Positions 1-10,200 of a stretch of DNA of 64,000 nt are shown here, one piece after another. The notes below the pieces were generated by a model that worked only from the letters and a program-made list of their open reading frames with translations, had not been told where the DNA came from and did not search any database. The stretch is from an uncultured Bacteroidota bacterium (GTDB taxonomy: Bacteria > Bacteroidota > Bacteroidia > Chitinophagales > Saprospiraceae). Position 1 is the first letter of the stretch; the number at the start of each line of letters is the position of its first letter. The stretch is taken from the NCBI GenBank assembly GCA_903925535.1, contig CAIYFY010000235.1:6473-70472 (forward strand), written 5' to 3'. The position numbers were made by a program, and so were the translations under genes.

Positions 1-2419
1 GAGCCATTACATCGTCGAATTTACCGGAGCCACCGGTATATTCAGTTTCCACGAGGCGCGGATCGTTGGCCAGTTGCCGGAGGCGTGTGAGCGCCTGCAG
101 GGCCTGGAAGCGCGTTTTTGGATCGTCGAAAAGGGCCAGTATTTCGTTTCTGGCGGCTGATTTTGTTTTTTCGTAGAGTTTTTTCTGAGCATCTGTCATC
201 TCGGTATAGAACAGTTGCTCCGAGAGTGCGGGCAGATCGGGGGCTACTTCCTGTTTGGTGCGGCGCAGGAAAAACGGTCGCACGCGTTTGAACAGTCTTT
301 CTTTGGCTGTAGCATCATTGCGCTTTTCAATCGGTGTGATGAATTGGTCGCGGAATTCGTTGAAACTGCCCAGTGTGGCCGGATTGATGAACTCCATCTG
401 ACTCCACAGATCGCTCAGCGAGTTTTCGATCGGGGTGCCTGAAAGTGATATTTTGTTGTCTGCCTCCAGACTGAGCACCCCTTTTGCCACTTCCGAAGTG
501 CGGTTCTTGATCATCTGGCTCTCATCCAGTACAATGACATGCCAGCGTATTCTCGACAGCAGCTCCAGATCCTGTCTGACGGTATGATATGTGGTGAGTA
601 CGATATCGTGACTGGCCAGTGCCCGGGTATCTTTCCCGCGTTTGGGTCCTGTATGCGAGCAAACAAACAGAGAGGGGGCGAATTTGGACAGTTCGATGCG
701 CCAGTTAAAGATCAGAGAGGCAGGCAGTACAATCAGCGCGGTAAGTGGCTCGGATCCGGTGTGGCTCTGGAACAGGTCAAGCTGTGCGGGCGACTGCGCC
801 GATTTGTTTTTTTGCTCTTTGGCATAGAGTAAAAAAGCAATGGTCTGAAGCGTTTTGCCCAGACCCATGTCATCGGCCAGACACGCTCCGAAGCCATCAT
901 TATAGTGTCCGGCCAGCCATTTTACACCCTGCAACTGATAGGGGCGCAGTTCTGCCCTCAGCTCGGATGATACAGTATAGCTATTGTCGCCCGACGAAGT
1001 CTGGACGGATTCGCCCACTCCCGATTCGACACCAGCCGCTTCGAGGAGTGTGAACAGCGCGCGCGGCAGTCTGACGCCATCATCATTCCCTTCCCGGGCG
1101 GCATCGGCAATTTCGCCGTATCGGGTGAACCATTCTTCCGGAATCAGAAAAAAAGTTCCGTCGGGGAGGCGGAAGAACCGGTCGCGTGCGCGCAGGTGTG
1201 CCCACAGAGAACGGAACGGGAACGAGAATTCGCCTGCCTGTACATGTCCGCGCAAATCGAACCAGTCGTCGGTGGCAGTGGTAGTGATATGGAGTTGTCC
1301 GTTCAGCAGTGCTACCGGCTTCCCTTCAACAACCGGACATTCGGGTTTGATTCCGGCAGACAGCAGAGCGGCACTGTTGCGGGCCAGCCAGTTTACGAGC
1401 ATTTCCAGCGACAGTTCCTGACCGGTGGAAAACAGTTTTCCGGATGTTTGCAGTCCGAGCCCGGTGAGAGCCCGTACTTTTTCCTGTTCCGCTTCCGGAT
1501 TTCTGATTACCTGCCTGATGAGTATATCATCGGACCCATCTCCGGCATAGTCAACGGCCGTGACGATATCCCTTTTTTCTCCGTGTGAAAATTCGGCGCC
1601 GCGGTAGGTGAAAAATGCCTGCAGGTACCAGGTTTTTTCCAGAATATTTTCCGTGGGGGCCAGTCTTGCCGACATCAGGTCGCGAGTGATGTGCACCTCG
1701 AATCCTTCGGCTTCGATACGCGTTCTGCCGGCACTTTTGGCTACGAATTGCCTGAAGTAAACCTTCGCCTTGTCGGAAGGAATCTGAACTACATCCTTGG
1801 TGCGGAAAGGCTTCACCATATTGCCGTTGATGCCGGGTACGCGGTAAAGATCGTAGCCCACCAGCAGCCAGGCCGGATCGGTATTGGTGAGTGGCAGCAC
1901 TTCCTTCGACCGGATGGTCCAGGGGGTGTCTTCCGGACCCAGGCGAAATCGGTATTCCACTCCGTCCTCCTTCTTGAGGAAAGAAATGTGAGGCATGATT
2001 TCCTGTTCGGGGAAGGAAACCTGCATATCGCAGGCGGGTGTTTTGCGCTCGAGGTCGAGGGTGAGCGGCCACCTGTTTCCGGCTATTTCAGACAGAAACT
2101 TGTCAATTTTGTCAAAAATAAATTTTTCAACAAAGGGTTTGGTGGCAGGGTCGGTCAGCAGCTGAGGCAGTGCCACGGCTGATTTGGCTTTGGGTGGCTT
2201 GAACTTCGCTTCCAGATTTTTGGGCGTCAGTATTTCGATCAGATCGAACATGTCTGACAGTTCCGGTGTCATTTCAATTCCGTATGGAACAATAGTGGCG
2301 GCAGTAGCCCGCTGCTGCATATAGCCCAAACGGCCCTGCGCATCGGTTTCGACGAGCAGGGCCGCGGGCAGATATAACAGATCGTTGTAGTGCTGAAGGT
2401 TGAAAACTACTTGTATCAT
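1..2419 (-). CDS. SNF2-family helicase (RapA/HepA-like), first ~806 codons; the 3' end lies beyond the window start
   Basis: My own translation of the minus strand gives an uninterrupted frame from the ATG at 2419 to nt 1. It is absent from the supplied track because there is no stop inside the window. SNF2 motif I 'LADDMGLGKTLQTIAFLL' is encoded at ~821-880 and motif II 'VLDESQMIKN' at ~505-540. About 480 N-terminal residues carry no motif I recognise. Confidence 0.85.
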   Translation of the reverse strand, partial: MIQVVFNLQHYNDLLYLPAALLVETDAQGRLGYMQQRATAATIVPYGIEMTPELSDMFDLIEILTPKNLEAKFKPPKAKSAVALPQLLTDPATKPFVEKFIFDKIDKFLSEIAGNRWPLTLDLERKTPACDMQVSFPEQEIMPHISFLKKEDGVEYRFRLGPEDTPWTIRSKEVLPLTNTDPAWLLVGYDLYRVPGINGNMVKPFRTKDVVQIPSDKAKVYFRQFVAKSAGRTRIEAEGFEVHITRDLMSARLAPTENILEKTWYLQAFFTYRGAEFSHGEKRDIVTAVDYAGDGSDDILIRQVIRNPEAEQEKVRALTGLGLQTSGKLFSTGQELSLEMLVNWLARNSAALLSAGIKPECPVVEGKPVALLNGQLHITTTATDDWFDLRGHVQAGEFSFPFRSLWAHLRARDRFFRLPDGTFFLIPEEWFTRYGEIADAAREGNDDGVRLPRALFTLLEAAGVESGVGESVQTSSGDNSYTVSSELRAELRPYQLQGVKWLAGHYNDGFGACLADDMGLGKTLQTIAFLLYAKEQKNKSAQSPAQLDLFQSHTGSEPLTALIVLPASLIFNWRIELSKFAPSLFVCSHTGPKRGKDTRALASHDIVLTTYHTVRQDLELLSRIRWHVIVLDESQMIKNRTSEVAKGVLSLEADNKISLSGTPIENSLSDLWSQMEFINPATLGSFNEFRDQFITPIEKRNDATAKERLFKRVRPFFLRRTKQEVAPDLPALSEQLFYTEMTDAQKKLYEKTKSAARNEILALFDDPKTRFQALQALTRLRQLANDPRLVETEYTGGSGKFDDVMA

Positions 2420-2489
2420 CCGGCGGCAAAGATACGCGATGCTTCATCTGTTTTAATGAATTAACATTGCGTTCAGCGCCGGCTGCTGT

Positions 2490-5400
2490 TTATTCAGCCT
2501 TGCTCAGTCTTACGCCTCCCCATCGTTTTCCGTCGGTCAGACGGAGTATGTAGTTGCCATCAGGCAGTTCACGTATATCAACTGTGGCAGAGAATGTTCC
2601 GCCACCCGGTGCAAAGTCCAGCGTGCGCACCATCCTTCCCGATGCATCGAATACTTCTGCCCGGAGTACCTCCGGTGCACGGTTCATAGTCAGGACGAAC
2701 AGTCCGGTGCCCGGGTTAGGTGAAACGGTGAGCCCCCATTCTTCGGCAGGTTCGACCACAGAAGAAATGACCAGCGGTGTGTTAATGGTTGCTGCACATC
2801 CGTTGGCATCCACCACACCCACTGTGTAATTGCCCAGCGGCAGATTGCTGAATACGTTACCGATTCCTGCCACGCCATTCAGCAGGAACACGTATGATCC
2901 TGTACCGCCGGTTGCAGCGGCTGTGATGGTATTGCCGTTCAGTGTGGCCGTGACAACCAGCTGGGCCGGACTTCCCACTGTGAAACTGGAAGTGGATTCA
3001 TTTCCGGCAGAATCCAGGATTGTTACGGTATAAGATCCTGCTGCGAGGTTATTGATGGCTGTTCCCTGTACAAACGGCTGGCCATTGAGGGTGTAGGGCG
3101 GAATGCCGCCAGCAGCGAACAGGGAAATGGAGCCATCGGAATCGCCGAAGCACGTCACGTTGGTAACAGTGGCACTGATCGTAACCGGCGGTACGTCAAC
3201 TACAAATGAAATGATACCCGAGCATCCGTTGCCATCTGTAACGGTGACGCTGTAAGATCCGTTGGGAAGGTCCTGCAGGTTATTGTTGGAGAAAGAATAG
3301 GGCGGTGTGCCTCCGCTGATATTCAGCGTGACATCATTCAGGACGACCGTTGCCGTACCCGTGATGGGGGCCGGTTCTGTAATCGTTACGCTGTAGGACA
3401 ACTCCTGATTGAATGCATCGCGTACCGTAATGTTATAGTTGCCCGCCTGCAGACCAACGAATGTGTTGTCTGTCTGCTCCGGACCACCGTTCAGGCTGTA
3501 CGAATAGGGTGGTATGCCGCCGTTGGCCAGAACTGTGATAAAGCCACCGGCATTCCCGGCACAGAGAAGTGAGGCCGAGAAGTTGAGCGACAGGGTCAGA
3601 AGTGGAATATCCACTATGACGGTTGTGGTGGCTGTACATCCGTTGGCATCCTGTACCGTTACAATATAATCACCGTTGACCAGGCCGGTAAATTCACCTG
3701 AATTCTGGAAATCAACTCCGTTGATGCTGTATTGAAGTACGCCTGTACCGCCTGTTGCTGTGGCGGTAACCGTATTCAGCGCAGAAGCAGCTGTGAGCTG
3801 CAGGGCAGCCGGCTCGAGAATGATTACTTCACTGGTTGTGGCAGACAGACCCAGTGAGTCACTCACCTGAACAGTATAGGCTCCTGCAGTCAGTCCTGTA
3901 AATACGGAACTGGATTGTGCGGTTCCGCCGTTCAGCGCGTAAGACAGCGGACCTTCTCCTCCTGCAGCAGTTACGGAAATAGAGCCGTTATCTCCACCCG
4001 CGCAGGTCACATTGCCTGTGACTGTGGCTGTGGCAATAATCTGGTTTACAGCTACAATTACCTCGGTGGTTGCTGTGCATCCGTTTTCATCCCTGACTGT
4101 GACAGTGTAGATGCCGTTGGCTGATACGGTGAGTACATTATTGCTCTGGAAATTCGCTCCATCGATACTGTATTCGTACACACCTGTACCACCGGCAGCT
4201 GTGACAGTGATATCAAACAGGAATGCACTCGCGCTCGCGCTCACGGGCGCGGGGTTGTCAAGTACTATTATCTGTGAAGAAGCGGTGAGTCCGAATTGTC
4301 CGTGTACGGTTACAGTGTAGTTTCCAGCCGACAGTCCGCTGAATATATTTGAAGCCTGCCGGGCTCCGCCATTCAGACTGTAGGTATAGTTGCCGTCCAG
4401 GCCGGCAGCGGTAGCCGTAATTTCTCCTGTATTTCCGTTGTAGCAACTAACAGCCTGTGTTTGAGTGGCTGTAACGCTCAGGTTGTTTTCTGCAATAATA
4501 ATATTGAAGAGATTGTTATGCAGCCAATGGTCGTTGGCACTGTCCTGAACATCGAAGGTGAAACTGTCTGACGCGCTCTGATCACCATTGTTGATATAGG
4601 AAAGTGCGCCGCTATTGATATCCGCCTGTGTAAATGTACTGCCGATACTGAGGGTTGTGCCGTTCAGGTTCAGCGTGCCATGTGTCGGGAGCGAGAGCAG
4701 CGTATAGATACCCTGCGCGGCATCTCCGCTGAGTACCAGCTCCAGATTTGAAGTGCCGGGTGCGGCAGTGCCTCCGTTTCCAACCACGAGCGGGCTGTTA
4801 TTCAGCAGTACAGCTGCGTCTATCAGTTCGGGGAAACACAGGCTGATACTCCAGGCTGTGATTGCACCGCCATCTTCGTTGTAGGTATCGGTAACAATCA
4901 GTCGCCAGTCGCCCTGGGCTGATGCGCCATCCTGACCGGCCAGTAATCCTGCAGCCTTGAAGATTCCGGATACAGCCGGCGGAGTGCCGTTGCACTGTCC
5001 GTCAAGAACAGCGTAATCATTGGCAGCCTCATCATCGAGTACAACAGCCATATTGTCGCTGTCACAGCCGAAATCCGAGCCTGGAATACCGGGCTGGTCG
5101 AACAGTACAACTGTGTCGTTAGCCGGAGAAATCAGGCGTGCGATCAGGTCGCCAACCCATGTGTGGTTGATATTCAGTGTAACATTGACATCCTCCACAG
5201 GCTTGTTTTCTGTCACATTGAGCGTAGAAACAACAGTGGATACAGCAGACGGGCTGATGGCCTTTGGCACATCGGAGCTGGCGTAAACATTGTCGCAGTC
5301 AGCAGCACCAACCTGAAACGCGGAAACAGCGCTGAATGAACTTGTTCCACAGTCGTTAGTTCCGCGCACACGCCAGTAATAGACAGATCCGTTTGTCAGT

Positions 5401-7865
5401 CCGGTGACAGTAGCCGACAATCCGGCTACCGTCTGGGAAGAAACAACAGAGCCTGAATCGAAGGAGGGGTTGGTTGCTACCTCCAGTTCGCAGGTTGAAG
5501 CGTAGGTGATATCCCAGCTTACTGTAGTGGAAGAGCCTGTGCCCGAAGTTCCGTCGGCCGGGGATGTCGGAGTTGCCACAGAAGGTGCGCCCGGAAGAAC
5601 GAGCAATTCCACGATTCTCTGACGGGATTCAGCTCCTGCGACAGCATCAATAACCAGAATATATGTACCGGCCATACCGGGAGTCAAATCGCTGATGCTG
5701 ATGCTGGCACTGTTGTCTCCAACGGGGTTGGGGCTTACTGTGACGGTTGAGGCGCCCGGTTGACCGGTCACACTGATGCTTGCCGGCGTATCGAATCCGA
5801 GTATGCGCTCGAGAGCAAGGTTGATTGTTCCTGTTTCACCCGCGCATACTGTCAGTTCGCTGACGTCCAAATTCAGGAAAAACGTCGGCAGGACTGCCGG
5901 TTCTATTTTAAAGTTGGCATTGGAGATATCGAAGAAGATATTTCCATCTCCCTCCACGCGTACGCGGCAGGTATTGCCCAGGTTATTGGGAACCACGATG
6001 TCTTCCGTGCCGTCATTAGCGGTACTGCTGCTGAGGACGACAGGATAGGTAAAGCCTCCGTCGGTGGAAAGAAGAATCCGGACGTTGGCACAGGATACCG
6101 GTGCCGCCGTCGTGTTGGCAACATCCCAGGTGACAGTCTGTGTTGAACCTACGTTCCATGTAACGTTGGTATTGGGCTGTGTAACCAGAAATGGTCCGGA
6201 GTTACCTGCAACAGTAACCAGCGCCTCGTCTTCGTCGGTACAGCCTGCCTGCAGGTTATTATCACGGGTCACCACCCTGAAATTCATGGTTCTGGCTACA
6301 CCGGGCAGCTTTTCCCAGGTTGGGTTGGCGTTGTTGACGATATCGGTCAGTCTCGGGAAAACCCGCACAGGCGATGCAGTTCCTTTGAATGAGCGGAACA
6401 GTGCTCCTGTTGCGCTCGAAGAGACCGGCGGTGAAGTGGCGTTCGCGTTGTCAATCTGCTCCCAGGTATAGGTGAGCTGATCGCCATCGGGGTCACTGCC
6501 GGTGGCAGTCAGCTGGAACGGGGTGGATTTGGGAATCACAAAGTCATTTCCGGCGCTCACCGTCGGATTGTTATTGGTGGTATTAATCTTCACAGGACAG
6601 GTATTGCCGCCACCTGTGTAGATGTAATTGCCCATTTCAATAATATTATAGGCATGGAAGAAATCTTCGCTGTTGGGAGCTACGTTCTGGGCGCCGCATA
6701 TTCCGGCGTATGCCATGATGGTAGTACCGCTCCCGGGTTCCACGCGGGCCGCGGCATTTCCGGAGCAGGAGCCCTGAGTTCCGTTGAATGTGTGGCTGCC
6801 TCCGAACTGGTGGCCTATTTCATGCGCTACGTAATCAATATCGAACGGATCACCCACCGGAGATCCGCTGCCGGTTACACCGCGTGCCTTGTTCTGATTA
6901 TTACAAACAACACCCAGAAATGCGACACCGCCGCCGCCGGTACTGAATACGTGTCCGATGTCGTAATTGGCATTGCCCACCACGTTATCGCAGGTGGTCT
7001 GGTTCTGGCCGAGCATGGTTCCGCCGTTGTTGTTGGTGAACGGGTCGCTGCCGGCATCCAGGTAAATCAGCAGGTCGTTGTTGGCGATGATCTGCATGGT
7101 AACGCCGAAGTCCGTCTCGTAAACTCCGTTGACACGGTTCATGGTCGTGTTCATGGCTGCCAGAACGGCCGGTTTATTACCACCGTGAAAAGAGGAGTAC
7201 TCACCGGTGCACGACAACGCCAGACGGTATCTGCGAAGTCTGGTATCTCCCTGAAAGTCAGCTCCCTGCGCAGGAATATGTTCGTGATCCTTTGTCTCTC
7301 CCAGTTCCTGAGCTCCATCCGGTGAGGGCACATCGCAGGCCCAGAACGACTCCTGTTTCCCGGAACGGTAATCTTTTTTGCTATACACCACATAGAACTC
7401 TGTATTTCCATGTATCATCGGGTCAACAAACCAGGTGCCCTGTGTGGCGGAAAATACCATCGCATGGAAGCCCCAGGGAGTCAGATCGAGCTTGATCCTT
7501 GTAGCCGAATTATCGGCACTGTACCCTGTATAGCATCGTATCTGCGGATATTTGGCTTGCAGTTCCGGAGCCATAACAGGTGTTTCTGCTATTCTGAACC
7601 GGTTTAGGGCGCCATCAGGCCCCGGTACAACCAGCTCGGGAAACTGCTCTGCCTGTCCGGCCAGGGAATACAATTCGGGGGCCGAGTCCAGAATGGGACG
7701 GAGAGCCTGCAGGTCGAGCCGCACAGTTCGGTAACTGGAAGGTACAATACGGCGCTCACCTGTAGCAGGAGCCGAGCTTTCGGCTGCTTCCTGCCAGGGG
7801 TTTTGAGCTAAGGCAAACCCGAGGCTGCTCCACAGGCAAACCATAAAGAGAAGGACTCTTTTCAT
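2490..7865 (-). CDS. Giant secreted metzincin (reprolysin/M12B-like) metalloprotease with a P-domain, SprB-type repeats and a T9SS C-terminal sorting domain
   Basis: 1791-aa ORF with signal peptide 'MKRVLLFMVCLWSSLGFALAQ' and zinc site 'HEIGHQFGGSHTF'. A proprotein-convertase P-domain-like segment reads 'VNVTLNINHTWVGDLIARLISPANDTVVLFD'. There are about 9-10 tandem repeats of the SprB type ('C.G...G.I...A.GG..PY.YSLNGG'). The T9SS tail reads 'LTVSPNPGTGLFVLTM...ILRLTDGKRWGGVRLSKAE'. Confidence 0.85.
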   Translation of the reverse strand: MKRVLLFMVCLWSSLGFALAQNPWQEAAESSAPATGERRIVPSSYRTVRLDLQALRPILDSAPELYSLAGQAEQFPELVVPGPDGALNRFRIAETPVMAPELQAKYPQIRCYTGYSADNSATRIKLDLTPWGFHAMVFSATQGTWFVDPMIHGNTEFYVVYSKKDYRSGKQESFWACDVPSPDGAQELGETKDHEHIPAQGADFQGDTRLRRYRLALSCTGEYSSFHGGNKPAVLAAMNTTMNRVNGVYETDFGVTMQIIANNDLLIYLDAGSDPFTNNNGGTMLGQNQTTCDNVVGNANYDIGHVFSTGGGGVAFLGVVCNNQNKARGVTGSGSPVGDPFDIDYVAHEIGHQFGGSHTFNGTQGSCSGNAAARVEPGSGTTIMAYAGICGAQNVAPNSEDFFHAYNIIEMGNYIYTGGGNTCPVKINTTNNNPTVSAGNDFVIPKSTPFQLTATGSDPDGDQLTYTWEQIDNANATSPPVSSSATGALFRSFKGTASPVRVFPRLTDIVNNANPTWEKLPGVARTMNFRVVTRDNNLQAGCTDEDEALVTVAGNSGPFLVTQPNTNVTWNVGSTQTVTWDVANTTAAPVSCANVRILLSTDGGFTYPVVLSSSTANDGTEDIVVPNNLGNTCRVRVEGDGNIFFDISNANFKIEPAVLPTFFLNLDVSELTVCAGETGTINLALERILGFDTPASISVTGQPGASTVTVSPNPVGDNSASISISDLTPGMAGTYILVIDAVAGAESRQRIVELLVLPGAPSVATPTSPADGTSGTGSSTTVSWDITYASTCELEVATNPSFDSGSVVSSQTVAGLSATVTGLTNGSVYYWRVRGTNDCGTSSFSAVSAFQVGAADCDNVYASSDVPKAISPSAVSTVVSTLNVTENKPVEDVNVTLNINHTWVGDLIARLISPANDTVVLFDQPGIPGSDFGCDSDNMAVVLDDEAANDYAVLDGQCNGTPPAVSGIFKAAGLLAGQDGASAQGDWRLIVTDTYNEDGGAITAWSISLCFPELIDAAVLLNNSPLVVGNGGTAAPGTSNLELVLSGDAAQGIYTLLSLPTHGTLNLNGTTLSIGSTFTQADINSGALSYINNGDQSASDSFTFDVQDSANDHWLHNNLFNIIIAENNLSVTATQTQAVSCYNGNTGEITATAAGLDGNYTYSLNGGARQASNIFSGLSAGNYTVTVHGQFGLTASSQIIVLDNPAPVSASASAFLFDITVTAAGGTGVYEYSIDGANFQSNNVLTVSANGIYTVTVRDENGCTATTEVIVAVNQIIATATVTGNVTCAGGDNGSISVTAAGGEGPLSYALNGGTAQSSSVFTGLTAGAYTVQVSDSLGLSATTSEVIILEPAALQLTAASALNTVTATATGGTGVLQYSINGVDFQNSGEFTGLVNGDYIVTVQDANGCTATTTVIVDIPLLTLSLNFSASLLCAGNAGGFITVLANGGIPPYSYSLNGGPEQTDNTFVGLQAGNYNITVRDAFNQELSYSVTITEPAPITGTATVVLNDVTLNISGGTPPYSFSNNNLQDLPNGSYSVTVTDGNGCSGIISFVVDVPPVTISATVTNVTCFGDSDGSISLFAAGGIPPYTLNGQPFVQGTAINNLAAGSYTVTILDSAGNESTSSFTVGSPAQLVVTATLNGNTITAAATGGTGSYVFLLNGVAGIGNVFSNLPLGNYTVGVVDANGCAATINTPLVISSVVEPAEEWGLTVSPNPGTGLFVLTMNRAPEVLRAEVFDASGRMVRTLDFAPGGGTFSATVDIRELPDGNYILRLTDGKRWGGVRLSKAE

Positions 7866-8033
7866 GAATCAGAAGTTGATAGTTGATTTAATTTCGATAT
7901 TCAGAGAGGCGAATGTAAACAACGCCCTTTTAAGACTGTATAAAATTATTCAGGTTTAGCAATTAGGAGTCTATTTTAAGAGGTATTCGCAGATTTTTCC
8001 GAATTTTGCGGCAAATTTCAGAAAGCTCTGACC

Positions 8034-10010
8034 ATGCCACTAAAATATTCCAGAAAGGGTTTTACCGATGAATCCCTGCTCCACCTCTACGACCAGCTTG
8101 CCAAACCACGCCTTATTGAGGAGAAAATGCTGAACCTGCTCAGGCAGGGTCGTATTTCCAAGTGGTTCAGTGGCATTGGCCAGGAGGCGATCAGTGTGGG
8201 TGCTGCCTGCGCGCTTCACCCCGAAGAACTTGTATTCACCATGCACCGAAATCTGGGGGTATTTACTGCCCGGAATATGCCGCTCGACAGGATGTTCTGT
8301 CAGTGGCAGGGCAAGCGACTGGGTTATACCAAGGGGCGCGACCGATCCTTCCATTTCGGGGCCCTCGAACACGGTATTGTGGGTATGATTTCACACCTGG
8401 GTCCACAGCTCTCGCTGGCGGCAGGCGTGGCTATGGCACATAAACTCGGCGGAGAAGGAAAAGTTTCTCTCGCTTTCACCGGCGAAGGCGCTACCAGTCA
8501 GGGCGAATTTCATGAAGCACTCAATGTCGCCTCCGTCTGGAAGCTGCCTGTTATTTTCCTGATTGAAAACAACGGTTACGGACTCAGCACCCGCCCCAAT
8601 GAACAGTATGCCTGCAAGGATCTGATTGACCGTGCCGCCGGCTATGGAATGCGTTCCGCCAAGATTGACGGCAACAACATTCTGGAAGTTTATTCCACGA
8701 TCAGCAAAATTGCCGCAGAACTCCGCGAGAATCCCGAACCTTTCCTGCTCGAATGTGTCACTTTCCGCATGCGCGGACATGAAGAGGCCAGTGGCACCAA
8801 GTACGTGCCCAAAGAGCTCATGGACGAGTGGGCGAAGAAGGATCCGATCGAAAATTACGAAAAATGGCTTCTGAAAGAAGGTGTTCTGACCAGTGAAGTC
8901 CGCGATTCTATCCACGACAAGTACAAAAAACAGATTCTGGACGCAGTAGAGGTTATGTTTGCCGAGCCCGAGCCGGCGCCCGATACCGAAGAGGAACTCG
9001 CAGATGTATATGCACCCGCACCCGCACACGTAAAACCTCGGGGTGCATCGAAGGAAATGCGTTTTATTGATGCCATTTCCGACGGATTGCGGGAGGCAAT
9101 GATCCGCCACCCGAAACTTGTCCTGATGGGACAGGATATCGGAGCTTACGGCGGGGTATTCAAAATCACACAGGGCTTTGTGGAGCAATTCGGCGAGCAC
9201 AGGGTACGCAACACACCCCTTTGCGAGTCGGCTATTGTCGGTATCAGTCTGGGCCTCAGCATGGGCGGCTACAAGAGTATGGTCGAAATGCAGTTTGCCG
9301 ATTTCGTTACCTGTGGATTCAACCAGATTGTAAACAACCTGGCCAAGCTGCACTGGCGCTGGAATGAAAAGGCCGATGTGGTGGTGCGCATGCCCACAGG
9401 CGGCGGTACCGGCGCAGGTCCGTTCCATTCGCAGTCCAATGAAGCCTGGTTTACCCACACGCCCGGACTCAAGGTCGTATATCCAAGTACACCGGAAGAT
9501 GCCAAGGGACTGCTGCTGGCGTCCTTTGAAGACCCCAATCCGGTTATGTTCTTCGAGCACAAGGGATTGTACAGAAGCGAAAGCGGCATGGTGCCCGAAG
9601 GCTTCTATACCACTGAAATAGGGAAGGCACGGCAAGTCAGGGAAGGCAGCGATGTGAGTATCATCACCTACGGACTGGGTGTCCGCTGGGCGCAGCAACT
9701 GGCCGACGAGCTGAAGATCAGCGCGGATATCCTCGACTTGCGCTCGCTGGTTCCTGTTGATTATGAGGCTGTTGAAAAAACAGTGAAGAAAACCAACAGA
9801 GTGCTTATTCTACATGAAGATACCCTGTTCGGCGGCATAGGCGGAGAAATTTCCGCCTGGATATCCGAGCACCTGTTTGAGTATCTGGATGCACCGGTGC
9901 TGCGGGCAGCGAGTCTCGATACGCCGGTCCCCTTCGCCATTCCGCTGGAACAGAATTTCTTCCCGCTGGAAAGGGCGAAGGAGCAAATCAGAAAACTGAT
10001 GGCGTATTAG
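8034..10010 (+). CDS. Thiamine-diphosphate-dependent 2-oxoacid dehydrogenase E1 component, fused alpha/beta subunits
   Basis: 658-aa ORF. The N-terminal half is E1-alpha-like ('GIGQEAISVGAA', 'FTGEGATSQGEFHEALN'). The C-terminal half is E1-beta/transketolase-like ('MGQDIGAYGGVFKITQGF', 'RVRNTPLCESAIVG'). A fused E1 is a common Bacteroidota arrangement. Confidence 0.85.
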   Translation: MPLKYSRKGFTDESLLHLYDQLAKPRLIEEKMLNLLRQGRISKWFSGIGQEAISVGAACALHPEELVFTMHRNLGVFTARNMPLDRMFCQWQGKRLGYTKGRDRSFHFGALEHGIVGMISHLGPQLSLAAGVAMAHKLGGEGKVSLAFTGEGATSQGEFHEALNVASVWKLPVIFLIENNGYGLSTRPNEQYACKDLIDRAAGYGMRSAKIDGNNILEVYSTISKIAAELRENPEPFLLECVTFRMRGHEEASGTKYVPKELMDEWAKKDPIENYEKWLLKEGVLTSEVRDSIHDKYKKQILDAVEVMFAEPEPAPDTEEELADVYAPAPAHVKPRGASKEMRFIDAISDGLREAMIRHPKLVLMGQDIGAYGGVFKITQGFVEQFGEHRVRNTPLCESAIVGISLGLSMGGYKSMVEMQFADFVTCGFNQIVNNLAKLHWRWNEKADVVVRMPTGGGTGAGPFHSQSNEAWFTHTPGLKVVYPSTPEDAKGLLLASFEDPNPVMFFEHKGLYRSESGMVPEGFYTTEIGKARQVREGSDVSIITYGLGVRWAQQLADELKISADILDLRSLVPVDYEAVEKTVKKTNRVLILHEDTLFGGIGGEISAWISEHLFEYLDAPVLRAASLDTPVPFAIPLEQNFFPLERAKEQIRKLMAY

Positions 10011-10050
10011 CATTTTTTCAGTCAAGTTCGGAAAATTCGCAAAGAAGCAT

Positions 10051-10058
10051 TAATTTTG
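10051..10058 (+). promoter_or_regulatory. Candidate Bacteroidota sigma-A -7 box (TAnnTTTG) for tRNA-Met
   Basis: 'TAATTTTG' ends 20 nt upstream of the mature tRNA 5' end. No clean -33 TTTG was seen. Confidence 0.35.
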
Positions 10059-10077
10059 CGCCGTTGAATTATCAACA

Positions 10078-10154
10078 GGGCCCGTAGCTCAGGTGGTTAG
10101 AGCGGCTGACTCATAATCAGATGGTCGCGGGTTCAATTCCTGCCGGGCCCACCA
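10078..10154 (+). tRNA. tRNA-Met (anticodon CAT), elongator type; a lysidine-modified tRNA-Ile2 cannot be excluded
   Basis: I folded it by hand as a 77-nt cloverleaf with encoded CCA. The acceptor is GGGCCCG/CGGGCCC, the D arm GCTC..GAGC, the anticodon loop CTCATAA and the T arm GCGGG-TTCAATT-CCTGC. G1:C72 is paired, so it is not an initiator. Confidence 0.85.
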
Positions 10155-10163
10155 GCACAAGAC

Positions 10164-10200
10164 GACCCATGCAATCAAAAGATTGTGTGGGTCTTCTCTT
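10164..10200 (+). terminator. Rho-independent terminator of tRNA-Met
   Basis: A 13-bp stem 'gacccatgcaatc'/'gattgtgtgggtc' (two G-U pairs) has loop 'aaaa' and is followed by 'ttctctt'. Confidence 0.65.

Noticed and set aside
215-2182. Cluster of + strand ORFs (75-163 aa) listed in the track at the left edge
   Set aside because: All lie antisense to a continuous minus-strand SNF2 helicase frame that has clear helicase motifs. Their sequences are low-complexity and Arg/Ser/Pro-rich, as expected for shadow ORFs in GC-rich DNA.
8391-9698. 435-aa minus-strand ORF
   Set aside because: It is antisense to the fused E1 dehydrogenase gene, which has clear TPP-enzyme motifs. It has no recognisable motifs of its own and is a typical GC-rich shadow ORF.
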